IMG/VR virus record: IMGVR_UViG_3300043772_003377
Span: 1-64,000 of that record
DNA: 64,000 nt
Source of the DNA: a virus
Strand: one strand, 5' to 3'
In this document: piece by piece, positions 7,454 to 16,259 of the stretch
How positions within the stretch are numbered: the stretch's first letter is position 1
Layout of the letters: every line of letters starts with the position of its first letter
The notes under the pieces: generated by a model
The model's input: only the letters and a program-made list of their open reading frames with translations
Told to the model about the DNA's origin: nothing
Database searches by the model: none
Position numbers and translations under genes: made by a program

Positions 7454-9688
7454 ATGAACGATTTTAACTCAATACTTAAAAGTTTCAATATTCAAGATAA
7501 TTTAAATCCTAAATTTTGGAAAAAATCTGAAAAAGATGAAACAACCAAATTAAATCCCGAAATAAGGAAAAGATTATTAGAAATTGCTCACCAATTCATA
7601 GAATTTCTAAAAGTAGATATTGTTGTGTCTGATATCATAATAACGGGTTCAATTTCTAATTATAATTGGTCTAAATTTTCTGACATTGATTTACATATAA
7701 TGGCGGATTTCGGTCAATTCCCTAAAAAAACATTACCACTTTATGAAGAACTTTTTAAATTAAAAAAGGCGGTGTTTAATGATAAACACGATATTAAAAT
7801 TTATGGTTATGATGTTGAGCTATATGTTCAAGATGATACAGAATCTCACACAAGTACTGGAATTTATTCTGTACTAAACGATGAATGGGTAATTGAACCA
7901 AAAAAAGAAGATTTTAAAGTTAATAAAGAATTAATTAAAGAAAAATCCAAACAATGGATGGATATTATTGACTCTGTTATTGAATCAGCTAAAGATGAAA
8001 ATTTAGAGGATGCAAAAAAAATAATTACTAAATATAAAGAAAAATTAAAAAAATATAGAAGTTGTGGTTTAGAAAAAGGTGGGGAATATTCAGATGAAAA
8101 TCTTGTTTTTAAAGTATTAAGGAGAAATGGTTATGTTGAAAAATTATTTGATTTTGACAATAAAAATATGGATGATAAACTGACTTTAAAGGAGGCGGTT
8201 TTAAATCGACCAATTGATAGCTGGAATATTACAAGTCCTTATGGTCCTAGATGGGGAAAACAACATCATGGGATAGATTTAGGAACACCTTCCGGAACTG
8301 AAATTAAATCACCGTCAGACGGAGTTGTATTAGATGCCGCATTTAAAGATGGTGCTTGTGGAGGTACAATTTATATAGACCATGAAAATGGTTATAAGAC
8401 AAGATATTGTCATGCGAAAGAAATTAATGTAAGTAAAGGTGATAGGGTTAAATCAGGTGAAGTGATAGGTTTAACTGGCGGAGGTAAAGATGATAAAGGA
8501 AGAGGTAATTCACAAGGAGCACATTTACATTTTGAAATGTATAAAGACGGTAAGATAGTCGACCCTCAAAGTATAGAATATTCTAAAGAATTAGTTTATT
8601 CTACAGATGAAGTTAAAGATGAGGAAAAACTTAAAACAATTGATATTGTTAAAACTCTAATTGATAAAAGACAGGAATTTAAAGATAAAACAATTGACGA
8701 TGTTTTAAACACTTATGAAAGTTCTAAATTTTTAGCCAATTTTATTGAAATTCCTCAAAAAAATAAGACATATGAAAATATGAGAAAATACGGTAAAATA
8801 TCTTTTGATGAAGACGTTAAAAAAATTCAAGAGGCTTTACAATATTTGGGGTTTTCATTACCTAAATGGGGAATTGATGGATTATTCGGTCCTGAAACTG
8901 AAAAAGCGGTTAAAGATTTTGAAAAAAAATATGATTTAAAAAATGATGGTAAGGTAGATGGTGAAGATATTAAATATATAATTTCCTTATTATTATTAAA
9001 AGGTTTTAAAGATGTTGAATTAGGTGAATTAAAATATGATTCTGAAACAACAATCAATGGTGATGTAGATTTTAGTAAAGCCGGATTTAATTCTACTCAA
9101 ATAGGTAATATTAACTTAATAATTGATGAGATGAAAAATAAAGGAATAACTAACCCCTACACACAAATTGGTATATTATCTGTAATTGGTAAGGAAAGCG
9201 ATTTTAAATCCTTTAAAGAAATGTCATATTCAAATACATCAAATTCAAGAATAAGACAAATATTTGGAAATAGAGTTTCAAAATATAGTGATTCTGAATT
9301 AAATGATTTTAAAAAAGATGATAGTAAATTTTTTGACCTTGTATATGGTAAAGATTCAGGTGTTAAGTTAGGTAATAACCGGCCAGGTGATGGATGGAAA
9401 TATATTGGTAGAGGATTTAATGGGATCACTGGAAAGTCCAATTATAAAAAATACGGAGATGCTGTTGGTATTGATTTAGTTTCAAATCCGGAATTATTGG
9501 AAGACCCCAAAGTCGCCGCAAAAGCTGCGGTATCATATTTTACTAAAAATAAATCTGTGTCTGAGATACCAAATTTTAACAATAAAGACGAATCGATTAA
9601 ATATTTTTCTGATATAAACGCTGGAGGACAATCAAGTTGGGCTTTAGGTAAAGCCAAAGAATCAGGAGATAGGTTTGAGATTGCGTAA
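7454..9688 (+). CDS. Multidomain fusion: Pol-beta-type nucleotidyltransferase + M23 peptidase + peptidoglycan-binding domain + GH19-like lysozyme
   Basis: GSISNYNWSKFSDIDLH...DVELY (NTase); HHGIDL, YCH, HLHFE (M23); VKKIQEAL..LG...IDGLFGPETEKAVKDF (PG-binding); GDGWKYIGRGFNGITGKSNY...NPELLEDP (GH19). Confidence 0.85.
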   Translation: MNDFNSILKSFNIQDNLNPKFWKKSEKDETTKLNPEIRKRLLEIAHQFIEFLKVDIVVSDIIITGSISNYNWSKFSDIDLHIMADFGQFPKKTLPLYEELFKLKKAVFNDKHDIKIYGYDVELYVQDDTESHTSTGIYSVLNDEWVIEPKKEDFKVNKELIKEKSKQWMDIIDSVIESAKDENLEDAKKIITKYKEKLKKYRSCGLEKGGEYSDENLVFKVLRRNGYVEKLFDFDNKNMDDKLTLKEAVLNRPIDSWNITSPYGPRWGKQHHGIDLGTPSGTEIKSPSDGVVLDAAFKDGACGGTIYIDHENGYKTRYCHAKEINVSKGDRVKSGEVIGLTGGGKDDKGRGNSQGAHLHFEMYKDGKIVDPQSIEYSKELVYSTDEVKDEEKLKTIDIVKTLIDKRQEFKDKTIDDVLNTYESSKFLANFIEIPQKNKTYENMRKYGKISFDEDVKKIQEALQYLGFSLPKWGIDGLFGPETEKAVKDFEKKYDLKNDGKVDGEDIKYIISLLLLKGFKDVELGELKYDSETTINGDVDFSKAGFNSTQIGNINLIIDEMKNKGITNPYTQIGILSVIGKESDFKSFKEMSYSNTSNSRIRQIFGNRVSKYSDSELNDFKKDDSKFFDLVYGKDSGVKLGNNRPGDGWKYIGRGFNGITGKSNYKKYGDAVGIDLVSNPELLEDPKVAAKAAVSYFTKNKSVSEIPNFNNKDESIKYFSDINAGGQSSWALGKAKESGDRFEIA

Positions 9689-9767
9689 TCATAAATTAAT
9701 AAATTTTTAAATTATTTAATATTCTAATATATTTATATAAAAATAATTTTTTTAAAATTAAACAAAA

Positions 9768-11219
9768 ATGGGAAATTTAAAGCCAATTGGAAGTGAAAAA
9801 CTTCAAGGAATGGATAAAATAAATAGGATAATGGAAATTGCTAGATATAAAGAAAACAAGCCGACCCCTATTAATGAAACATCATCTAACGAATATAGTA
9901 AAGTGTTACCTGATGGTAATAAGTATGAGATAGTTAAAGAAAAAAACGGATATGTTATTAAAAAACAAATATCTGAAAATGTTTCTGACTATGTAGAACC
10001 AATGAAAAATAGAAAGTACTATTCTTCGTATTCCCAAGCGTTAAAAAGATTAAATTTAATTATTAAAGAAGTTAATTCTTTAACAGGTAATAAAAAAAAT
10101 GTTTCATTATTTAACGAAAGTGAACTAGATGAAAAAGAAACTAAATATTACCTTAAATTAGACACTAAAGAACAGGCTGACCCTAACGTGGCACCCGCTC
10201 CGGCACCGGCGCCAGCTCCTGTACCCGCACCATCACCTTCGGAAGAACCTCCTGTTGAGGAGCCTCCTGTAGAAGAACCTATGGATACGGAAGATGTTCC
10301 TGAACCTGATACTGAAGGAGAAGATAAACCTGAAGAAAAAGTTACATTTAAAACCATACAGAAATTAACAGGAAAATTAGGTCAAAAATTAAGAGTACTA
10401 TCTTCAGATGAAGAACAAGAAATGTCATCTAATGATGTCAAATATGTGATAAATTCAATATTATCCGCATTAGATTTAGATAAATTGGAAGATGAAGATA
10501 AAGAACAAATTATGTCCAAATTTGAAAGTGAGGATTTGGGTAATGAGGACAACGTAGACAATAACGTGGAAGATATGGGTGACGAAGAAGTTTCTGTGGA
10601 AGAACCTCAACCACCTTCAGAAGAACCTGCACCTGAAGAAATGGGTGAAGAAACTGAAGATGTTGAGAAAAAATTGATGGGTGTTTTTAGTGAAGATGAG
10701 AACTTTGAGGACGATAGATTTTATAGATTCTTGAAAAATTCAGGACATAAAGAATATGGTGATGATGAAGATGATATTTTAACAAAACCTAAACCAGTAA
10801 CTAGACCTGATATCGATATAGACCCTGATTTCGATCCTTTTAAAAATCCTGACCCTAAAGATGATCCTGAAGCTAGAATGCGTAGCAGAAGAAATAGACA
10901 TAATTATAAAATGTTTGACGATGAAATGGAATCTGATTCATTGTTTTCGGAGTCTAAAGTCGATTCTATTTTAAAAAAATATTTTAAATTAGATGAAAAG
11001 GAGAAAAAAATGTTACAAGAACAAAAACAACCGAATAAAAAAGAATTGATTAAGAAAATTAAACAATTATCTGAAAACATTGTTCAAGAGGTTGCGGTAA
11101 CAAAATTATTAACTGAAAATAAAAATACAAAATTATTAGGTAAAACTAATAAAAATAATATAGTTGTTAAAGTTGGTAATAAAGAAGTAAAAATTTCACC
11201 TGACGGGAATACAATATGA
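9768..11219 (+). CDS. Hypothetical acidic, Pro-rich protein; probable virion/prohead component
   Basis: Late motif upstream (9730), PAPAP and EEPP low-complexity tracts, DPDFDPF motif shared with the 11622 ORF. Confidence 0.75.
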   Translation: MGNLKPIGSEKLQGMDKINRIMEIARYKENKPTPINETSSNEYSKVLPDGNKYEIVKEKNGYVIKKQISENVSDYVEPMKNRKYYSSYSQALKRLNLIIKEVNSLTGNKKNVSLFNESELDEKETKYYLKLDTKEQADPNVAPAPAPAPAPVPAPSPSEEPPVEEPPVEEPMDTEDVPEPDTEGEDKPEEKVTFKTIQKLTGKLGQKLRVLSSDEEQEMSSNDVKYVINSILSALDLDKLEDEDKEQIMSKFESEDLGNEDNVDNNVEDMGDEEVSVEEPQPPSEEPAPEEMGEETEDVEKKLMGVFSEDENFEDDRFYRFLKNSGHKEYGDDEDDILTKPKPVTRPDIDIDPDFDPFKNPDPKDDPEARMRSRRNRHNYKMFDDEMESDSLFSESKVDSILKKYFKLDEKEKKMLQEQKQPNKKELIKKIKQLSENIVQEVAVTKLLTENKNTKLLGKTNKNNIVVKVGNKEVKISPDGNTI

Positions 11220-11632
11220 ATCACTTAATTTATGTTAATGAATTAGGTCCTAATTATAAAGGAGATAATATATATGAATTTATTTTCTCTGATAATTTGG
11301 AAGGTGTCTGGGGAGATTCTTGGGAATCAAAACCGGCAAATGGTTATCCATCACCTCCTGATTTAGAACATATAAAAAAAGTTGGAGTATTAAAAAATAA
11401 TTCATTAACTTTGTCAGTAATTCAGAAATCAGATTGGTTTTCAATGGTCGACTCAATTGATAATGTAATCGCATTATCTTGGGAAAATGACGATAACGAA
11501 ACAAGTGTTAATTTTGACCACGTTAAAAGATTGGTATTTCATTTTGGTGAAACTGAGGAATCTGTTAAAAATAAATTGTATGAACGAGATATTGTTCTTG
11601 AATTTGAAAAAAAAGTAGTATATGAAAAATAA
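11216..11632 (+). CDS. Hypothetical protein
   Basis: ORF overlapping both neighbours (ATGA-type coupling). Confidence 0.75.
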   Translation: MNHLIYVNELGPNYKGDNIYEFIFSDNLEGVWGDSWESKPANGYPSPPDLEHIKKVGVLKNNSLTLSVIQKSDWFSMVDSIDNVIALSWENDDNETSVNFDHVKRLVFHFGETEESVKNKLYERDIVLEFEKKVVYEK

Positions 11633-12530
11633 CGAAAAAAAATTATTCCTTATCAAAAATGGTTTAAGCATAAATTTAATAACCAATTTAAATGAAGGTC
11701 AAGTTAATTCTTTATATAAAAGATTAATTGAATCTAAAAAAGAAGAAAAATGTGGTTGTGGGTGTGATAAAGATACTTGTAAATGTGGTCCTGAATGTAA
11801 AAAATGTGATTGCGGAAAAAAGAAAAAACAAGAAACTAAGGAACAAACACAAGAAAAACAAACCACAAAAACCGTGGTAGGCCCTTTAGGTGGTATTGTT
11901 AATGTTAAGCCCGGTCAAACTAAAGTTAGTTTAAAACCTGTACCTAATCAAACAGGTTCATTTGAGGTTGTTGAAAATGAACAAGAAATAGAAGAAAAAT
12001 CAGTATCTCAGAAACAACAAGAATTTTTTGGTGTTGTTAGAGCAATGCAAAAAGGTAAATTACCTAAAAAAGGTAAAGCCGGTGAATCCGCTGACGAAAT
12101 GTCAAAAAAAGATGTTAAAGATTTTGCATCAACAAAACACAAAGGTTTACCAAAAAGAAAAGAAACTAAAGAAGGTTATTTTGATGCGGTGTCAAACGCA
12201 TATTATAAAAATATGTCAGAAAAAATGAATGAATTACCAATTAACGTAACTTTTGAATCTAAATTAGAAAAAGATATTAATGATATTATTGAGTCTACGT
12301 TATACCCTAAAATGAGTAAAAGAGATTTAATCAATTTAATTAGAGAAAATAGTCCTTTAAATCCTGATACTGAAGAGGAAACAATTACAAAACCAAAAAC
12401 TCCGACTAAACCTGAGATTAACCCTGACTTCGATCCTTTTACAAATCCTGATCCTAAAGATGACCCTGAGGCGGAAGGAAAAGATTTTTTTGTATCAATG
12501 GCTAAAGATATGGGATTAATAAGAAATTAA
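11622..12530 (+). CDS. Hypothetical protein with a Cys-rich patch and a basic domain (KDFASTKHKGLP)
   Basis: CGCGCDKDTCKCGPECKKCDCG patch, EEKSVSQKQQEFFG..R...KG basic module, several [IL]xE sites. Confidence 0.75.
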   Translation: MKNNEKKLFLIKNGLSINLITNLNEGQVNSLYKRLIESKKEEKCGCGCDKDTCKCGPECKKCDCGKKKKQETKEQTQEKQTTKTVVGPLGGIVNVKPGQTKVSLKPVPNQTGSFEVVENEQEIEEKSVSQKQQEFFGVVRAMQKGKLPKKGKAGESADEMSKKDVKDFASTKHKGLPKRKETKEGYFDAVSNAYYKNMSEKMNELPINVTFESKLEKDINDIIESTLYPKMSKRDLINLIRENSPLNPDTEEETITKPKTPTKPEINPDFDPFTNPDPKDDPEAEGKDFFVSMAKDMGLIRN

Positions 12531-12543
12531 AATTTATATTGAG

Positions 12544-14187
12544 ATGAATTTAAATAGTAAAATTAGTGAAATTAAGAAAGTTGGAAAAACTTTAGAAAAA
12601 AAATTAAACAATGAGGGTTTAACTAAAATTGAAAAGAATGTTTTAAATGAAATTAGACAATTCTTATCTGAAGATGTTCCTATGAGTTTTGACCCTGAAG
12701 AAGTTGGCGGAGCAAGACCTAGTAGAGGGGTTCAAAGTAAAATAGAGGGAGGGAAAACTCCTTTAAGTCAATTAGGTCTAACTCAAGAACAAGTTGATTT
12801 TTTCACTTCTGAGGCGTTTAAATCCTCAATAAAGAAAATGGAATCTTTGTTAGGTAATTATTCAGGTGTAGAAAGGTCTTTAAGTACGGCCAATAGAAAT
12901 CTTAAAAAAGATGCTCAAACCGCATTTTCTTCATTATATTCATTAGTGGGAGAACTATTAAATGAATTAACAAGTTTACAATATCAATACCAAACAGAAT
13001 TAGAAGAAATTGCTACCGAAGCGGTTGAAAAGGCGATGGGTATTGACAGAACTTTTTTTGATAAGAAATTAAAATTAGATGGTAAATTTTCAGGTTTTCT
13101 AAGTAAACTTGAAGGAATGAAAAATAGAGTTGAAAATGTATCGGAAGATGAGATTTTAAATAAATTTGCTAATATAGATAAAGAGAAAAAAGAAAAGTTA
13201 GAACAACTTAAAAAAGATTTTGAGGAGATGGGTGCAGATTTTGATGAATCGAAAGCTAAAGAAGCCATCGACTCAACTTTTAAAATGTCAGATGAAACAA
13301 AAAAAGAGGCTAAGAAAGAATTTTCTGACGAAGTTTCAAGAAGGATGATTATTAATTTATTTAGACGAGGAATGTCAATTTATTATGATAATGCTTATGA
13401 AATATGTAAAGACAAAATATTAGCATTACCTGATGGAGAAAGATTATTACAAATCTCAAATATGGTACAACCAATAATGGTTCATTTATATTGGTTATTT
13501 TCTGACATCGGTTCTATAGGTTCTTCAGGTGGAGGTCAAATTGGTCAAATACAAGTAGTCCCCCCAAGTCAACCATCAAGTCAAAATGACGATGAAGATG
13601 AATCATCATTACCTAACGACAAGGAAGATAAAAAACCTGAGACACCACAAGGATCACAACAACCTCAAGGACCATTCGTTATTAGAGCAAGAGCTATGAC
13701 ATTTCCTTTAATTGTTCACGAATTAATTAAAGGTGTCATTATGTTCTTTACTTCTGCGGGCGGAACAGATAATGAAAAAGGTCAATTAGCTAAAAAACAA
13801 GCAACCTCATTAGAAACTGAGGCTTATGATTTAACTTATAGTGAAAAATTTTATGAAGAATTTTATAATTTATTTAAAGAAATTGTTCCTGATGTCCAAG
13901 AACAAAGAGATTTAACTCCATTTGTTTTAAAATTTATTTCTGAAGAGAAATATGAAAAATTATTAGAATTGACAAAATCTTTATTTACTTTAGGATTATC
14001 TTCAGATTTTGCAAAAAGTTATATTGAAAGTTTGGTTGAAAAATCAAGAAAATTAATGAAAACTATGGGTCAAAACCCTTCTTACCTCGAAAAGAAACAA
14101 TATAAATCTCCTGAACCACCTAAAAAAGATGATGAAGAAGAGGATAATTGGGATGAGGATATGAGTTGGTTGGATGACGAAAATTAA
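12544..14187 (+). CDS. Hypothetical protein upstream of terminase (547 aa)
   Basis: Long ORF in an operon with terL. HELIKG (HExxK) is not a full HExxH. Confidence 0.75.
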   Translation: MNLNSKISEIKKVGKTLEKKLNNEGLTKIEKNVLNEIRQFLSEDVPMSFDPEEVGGARPSRGVQSKIEGGKTPLSQLGLTQEQVDFFTSEAFKSSIKKMESLLGNYSGVERSLSTANRNLKKDAQTAFSSLYSLVGELLNELTSLQYQYQTELEEIATEAVEKAMGIDRTFFDKKLKLDGKFSGFLSKLEGMKNRVENVSEDEILNKFANIDKEKKEKLEQLKKDFEEMGADFDESKAKEAIDSTFKMSDETKKEAKKEFSDEVSRRMIINLFRRGMSIYYDNAYEICKDKILALPDGERLLQISNMVQPIMVHLYWLFSDIGSIGSSGGGQIGQIQVVPPSQPSSQNDDEDESSLPNDKEDKKPETPQGSQQPQGPFVIRARAMTFPLIVHELIKGVIMFFTSAGGTDNEKGQLAKKQATSLETEAYDLTYSEKFYEEFYNLFKEIVPDVQEQRDLTPFVLKFISEEKYEKLLELTKSLFTLGLSSDFAKSYIESLVEKSRKLMKTMGQNPSYLEKKQYKSPEPPKKDDEEEDNWDEDMSWLDDEN

Positions 14188-14189
14188 AT

Positions 14190-15953
14190 ATGTCTTTAAC
14201 TAAAGAACAAGTTTTATTAGAATATGTGAAGTGCGTAAAGGACACCCCTTACGCACTTCGTACTTATTTACAAACCTACGATAATACCGTATCAAAATAC
14301 GTTCCATTAGAATTATTCCCAGACCAAATTTCATTACTTGAAGATTTTGAAAAGTATAATGAAAATATTGCGTTAAAATATAGACAGGCTGGAGTATCAA
14401 CGGTTACCGCGGCTTGGGCGTCTAAAAAATTAGTTTTAGCACAAAAAACAAAACCTGAGAAAATACTTATAATTGCAAACAAATTAGACACATCTCAAGA
14501 GATGGCTAATAAAATAAGGACATTCGTTTCTCAATGGCCTTCTTGGACGGGTATTGATTTTTCTCCGGAAAAAAACTCCCAAAAACATTACAAATTAACA
14601 AATAATTGTGAAGTTAAGGCGGTTGCAACATCAAAGGATGCTTTAAGGGGTTTTACACCAACAATACTTATATTTGACGAGGCGGCATTTATCGATGCTG
14701 ATAGTGATTTTTGGGCGGCTTGTATGGCATCACTTTCTACTGGTGGTAAAGTTATTGTTATTTCCACGCCAAATGGGTTTGACCCAATTTACTACGAAAT
14801 TTATGACCAAGCTTTAAGAAGTATGAATGACTTCAAAATTTCTGAAATGTTTTGGTTTAGAGACCCAAGATATACTAAAGATTTATATTTTGTTAAAACT
14901 GACGATATTGTTCATTATCTTTTAAATAAAGAAGACTATAAAAATAATGAAGTTGTTAATTGGTCAAATATTGATTTTGACGATCGAAATTTTGAAGATG
15001 CTAAAAAACTAATGAGTGAAGGTTTTAAACCTTGTTCTGATTGGTTTGAGAGGATGGTTAAAAAATTAAAATTTGACAAACGTAAAGTATCGCAAGAGTT
15101 AGAGTGTAATTTCTTAGGTTCAGGTGATAACGTATTTGATTCAAAATTATTACAAAAAATACACGAGACATATGTTAAAGAACCTGTTAATAGAATGATA
15201 GGTAATTCTCTATGGATATGGAAAGAACCTATTATGGGTCATAGATATGTTATGGGTGTTGATGTTAGTAGAGGAGATAGCGAAGATTTTAGTTGTTTTC
15301 AAATTATCGATTTTGATGAAAGAGAACAAGTTGCCGAATATATCGGAAAATTACCTCCTGATAATATGGCGGAAATTTGTTTTAAATGGGCTAATATGTA
15401 TTCCGCATATATAGTTGTCGATATAACGGGGGGGATGGGTGTATCCACATCTAGAAAACTACAAGAGATGGGATATAAAGATTTATATGTTGATGGTGTT
15501 GATATAACAAATAAATGGAAATACGTTCCAAAATCTGCGGAAAAAATACCAGGAATTAATTTTAACAACAAACGGGTTCAAATAATTGCCTCATATGAAG
15601 AAGCATTAAGACACGATTTTAAAATTTATAGTAATAGATTATTCAATGAAATGAATACATTTATTTATATAAACGGAAGACCCGACCATCAGAAAGGTCA
15701 TCACGATGACTTAATAATGTCAATTTCTATGGCAACATACGTTGCCGAATCTTCTTTTAGTAATTTAACTAAAGTTTCAGAACAAGCCAAAGTTATGATT
15801 GAATCTTGGGCGGTAAGTAATAATGACACAATTACAGAACAAATATCATTCAATCCCGTTATACCTGTTAATACTGATAGGTCAAATCTTAGAAACGAAC
15901 AAATAAGTAAAGACGATTATTTAAAATATTCTTGGTTATTTGGTCGTAGATAA
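14190..15953 (+). CDS. terL: Terminase large subunit (T4 gp17-like)
   Basis: LFPDQ, KYRQAGVST (Walker A), LIFDEAAF (Walker B), ISTPNG, QELECNF, GVDVSRG and HDDLIMS nuclease motifs. Confidence 0.95.
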   Translation: MSLTKEQVLLEYVKCVKDTPYALRTYLQTYDNTVSKYVPLELFPDQISLLEDFEKYNENIALKYRQAGVSTVTAAWASKKLVLAQKTKPEKILIIANKLDTSQEMANKIRTFVSQWPSWTGIDFSPEKNSQKHYKLTNNCEVKAVATSKDALRGFTPTILIFDEAAFIDADSDFWAACMASLSTGGKVIVISTPNGFDPIYYEIYDQALRSMNDFKISEMFWFRDPRYTKDLYFVKTDDIVHYLLNKEDYKNNEVVNWSNIDFDDRNFEDAKKLMSEGFKPCSDWFERMVKKLKFDKRKVSQELECNFLGSGDNVFDSKLLQKIHETYVKEPVNRMIGNSLWIWKEPIMGHRYVMGVDVSRGDSEDFSCFQIIDFDEREQVAEYIGKLPPDNMAEICFKWANMYSAYIVVDITGGMGVSTSRKLQEMGYKDLYVDGVDITNKWKYVPKSAEKIPGINFNNKRVQIIASYEEALRHDFKIYSNRLFNEMNTFIYINGRPDHQKGHHDDLIMSISMATYVAESSFSNLTKVSEQAKVMIESWAVSNNDTITEQISFNPVIPVNTDRSNLRNEQISKDDYLKYSWLFGRR

Positions 15954-15968
15954 TATTTATATAATATT

Positions 15969-16235
15969 ATGGGATTATCAAGAAGAAAAAGAAGCCCCGA
16001 TAGATTTATCGGTGGTAGTAAATTAAATGTACCCGGACAAGGTATTTTTAGTGTTAAATTAATCGATAACGATAAAGAACCTGTAGGTCCTCAGGATAAA
16101 ACCAAATCTCATTCAAGACCAAAACCTGAAACTACAACAACCACAACTACAATACCTGTGGTTGACTATAAACAATTCCAAGATTATGTATTTTTTGAAT
16201 TTATGGATGGAGAACAATATGATTTCCAAAATTAA
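15969..16235 (+). CDS. Small hypothetical protein with a Thr tract
   Basis: ORF with TATTTATA upstream (15954). Confidence 0.65.
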   Translation: MGLSRRKRSPDRFIGGSKLNVPGQGIFSVKLIDNDKEPVGPQDKTKSHSRPKPETTTTTTTIPVVDYKQFQDYVFFEFMDGEQYDFQN

Positions 16236-16259
16236 AATATTTATCAATAAAACTTTAAA

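Noticed and set aside
13711-13735. HELIKG as a zinc metalloprotease motif
   Set aside because: The second His of HExxH is absent, so protease activity cannot be claimed.
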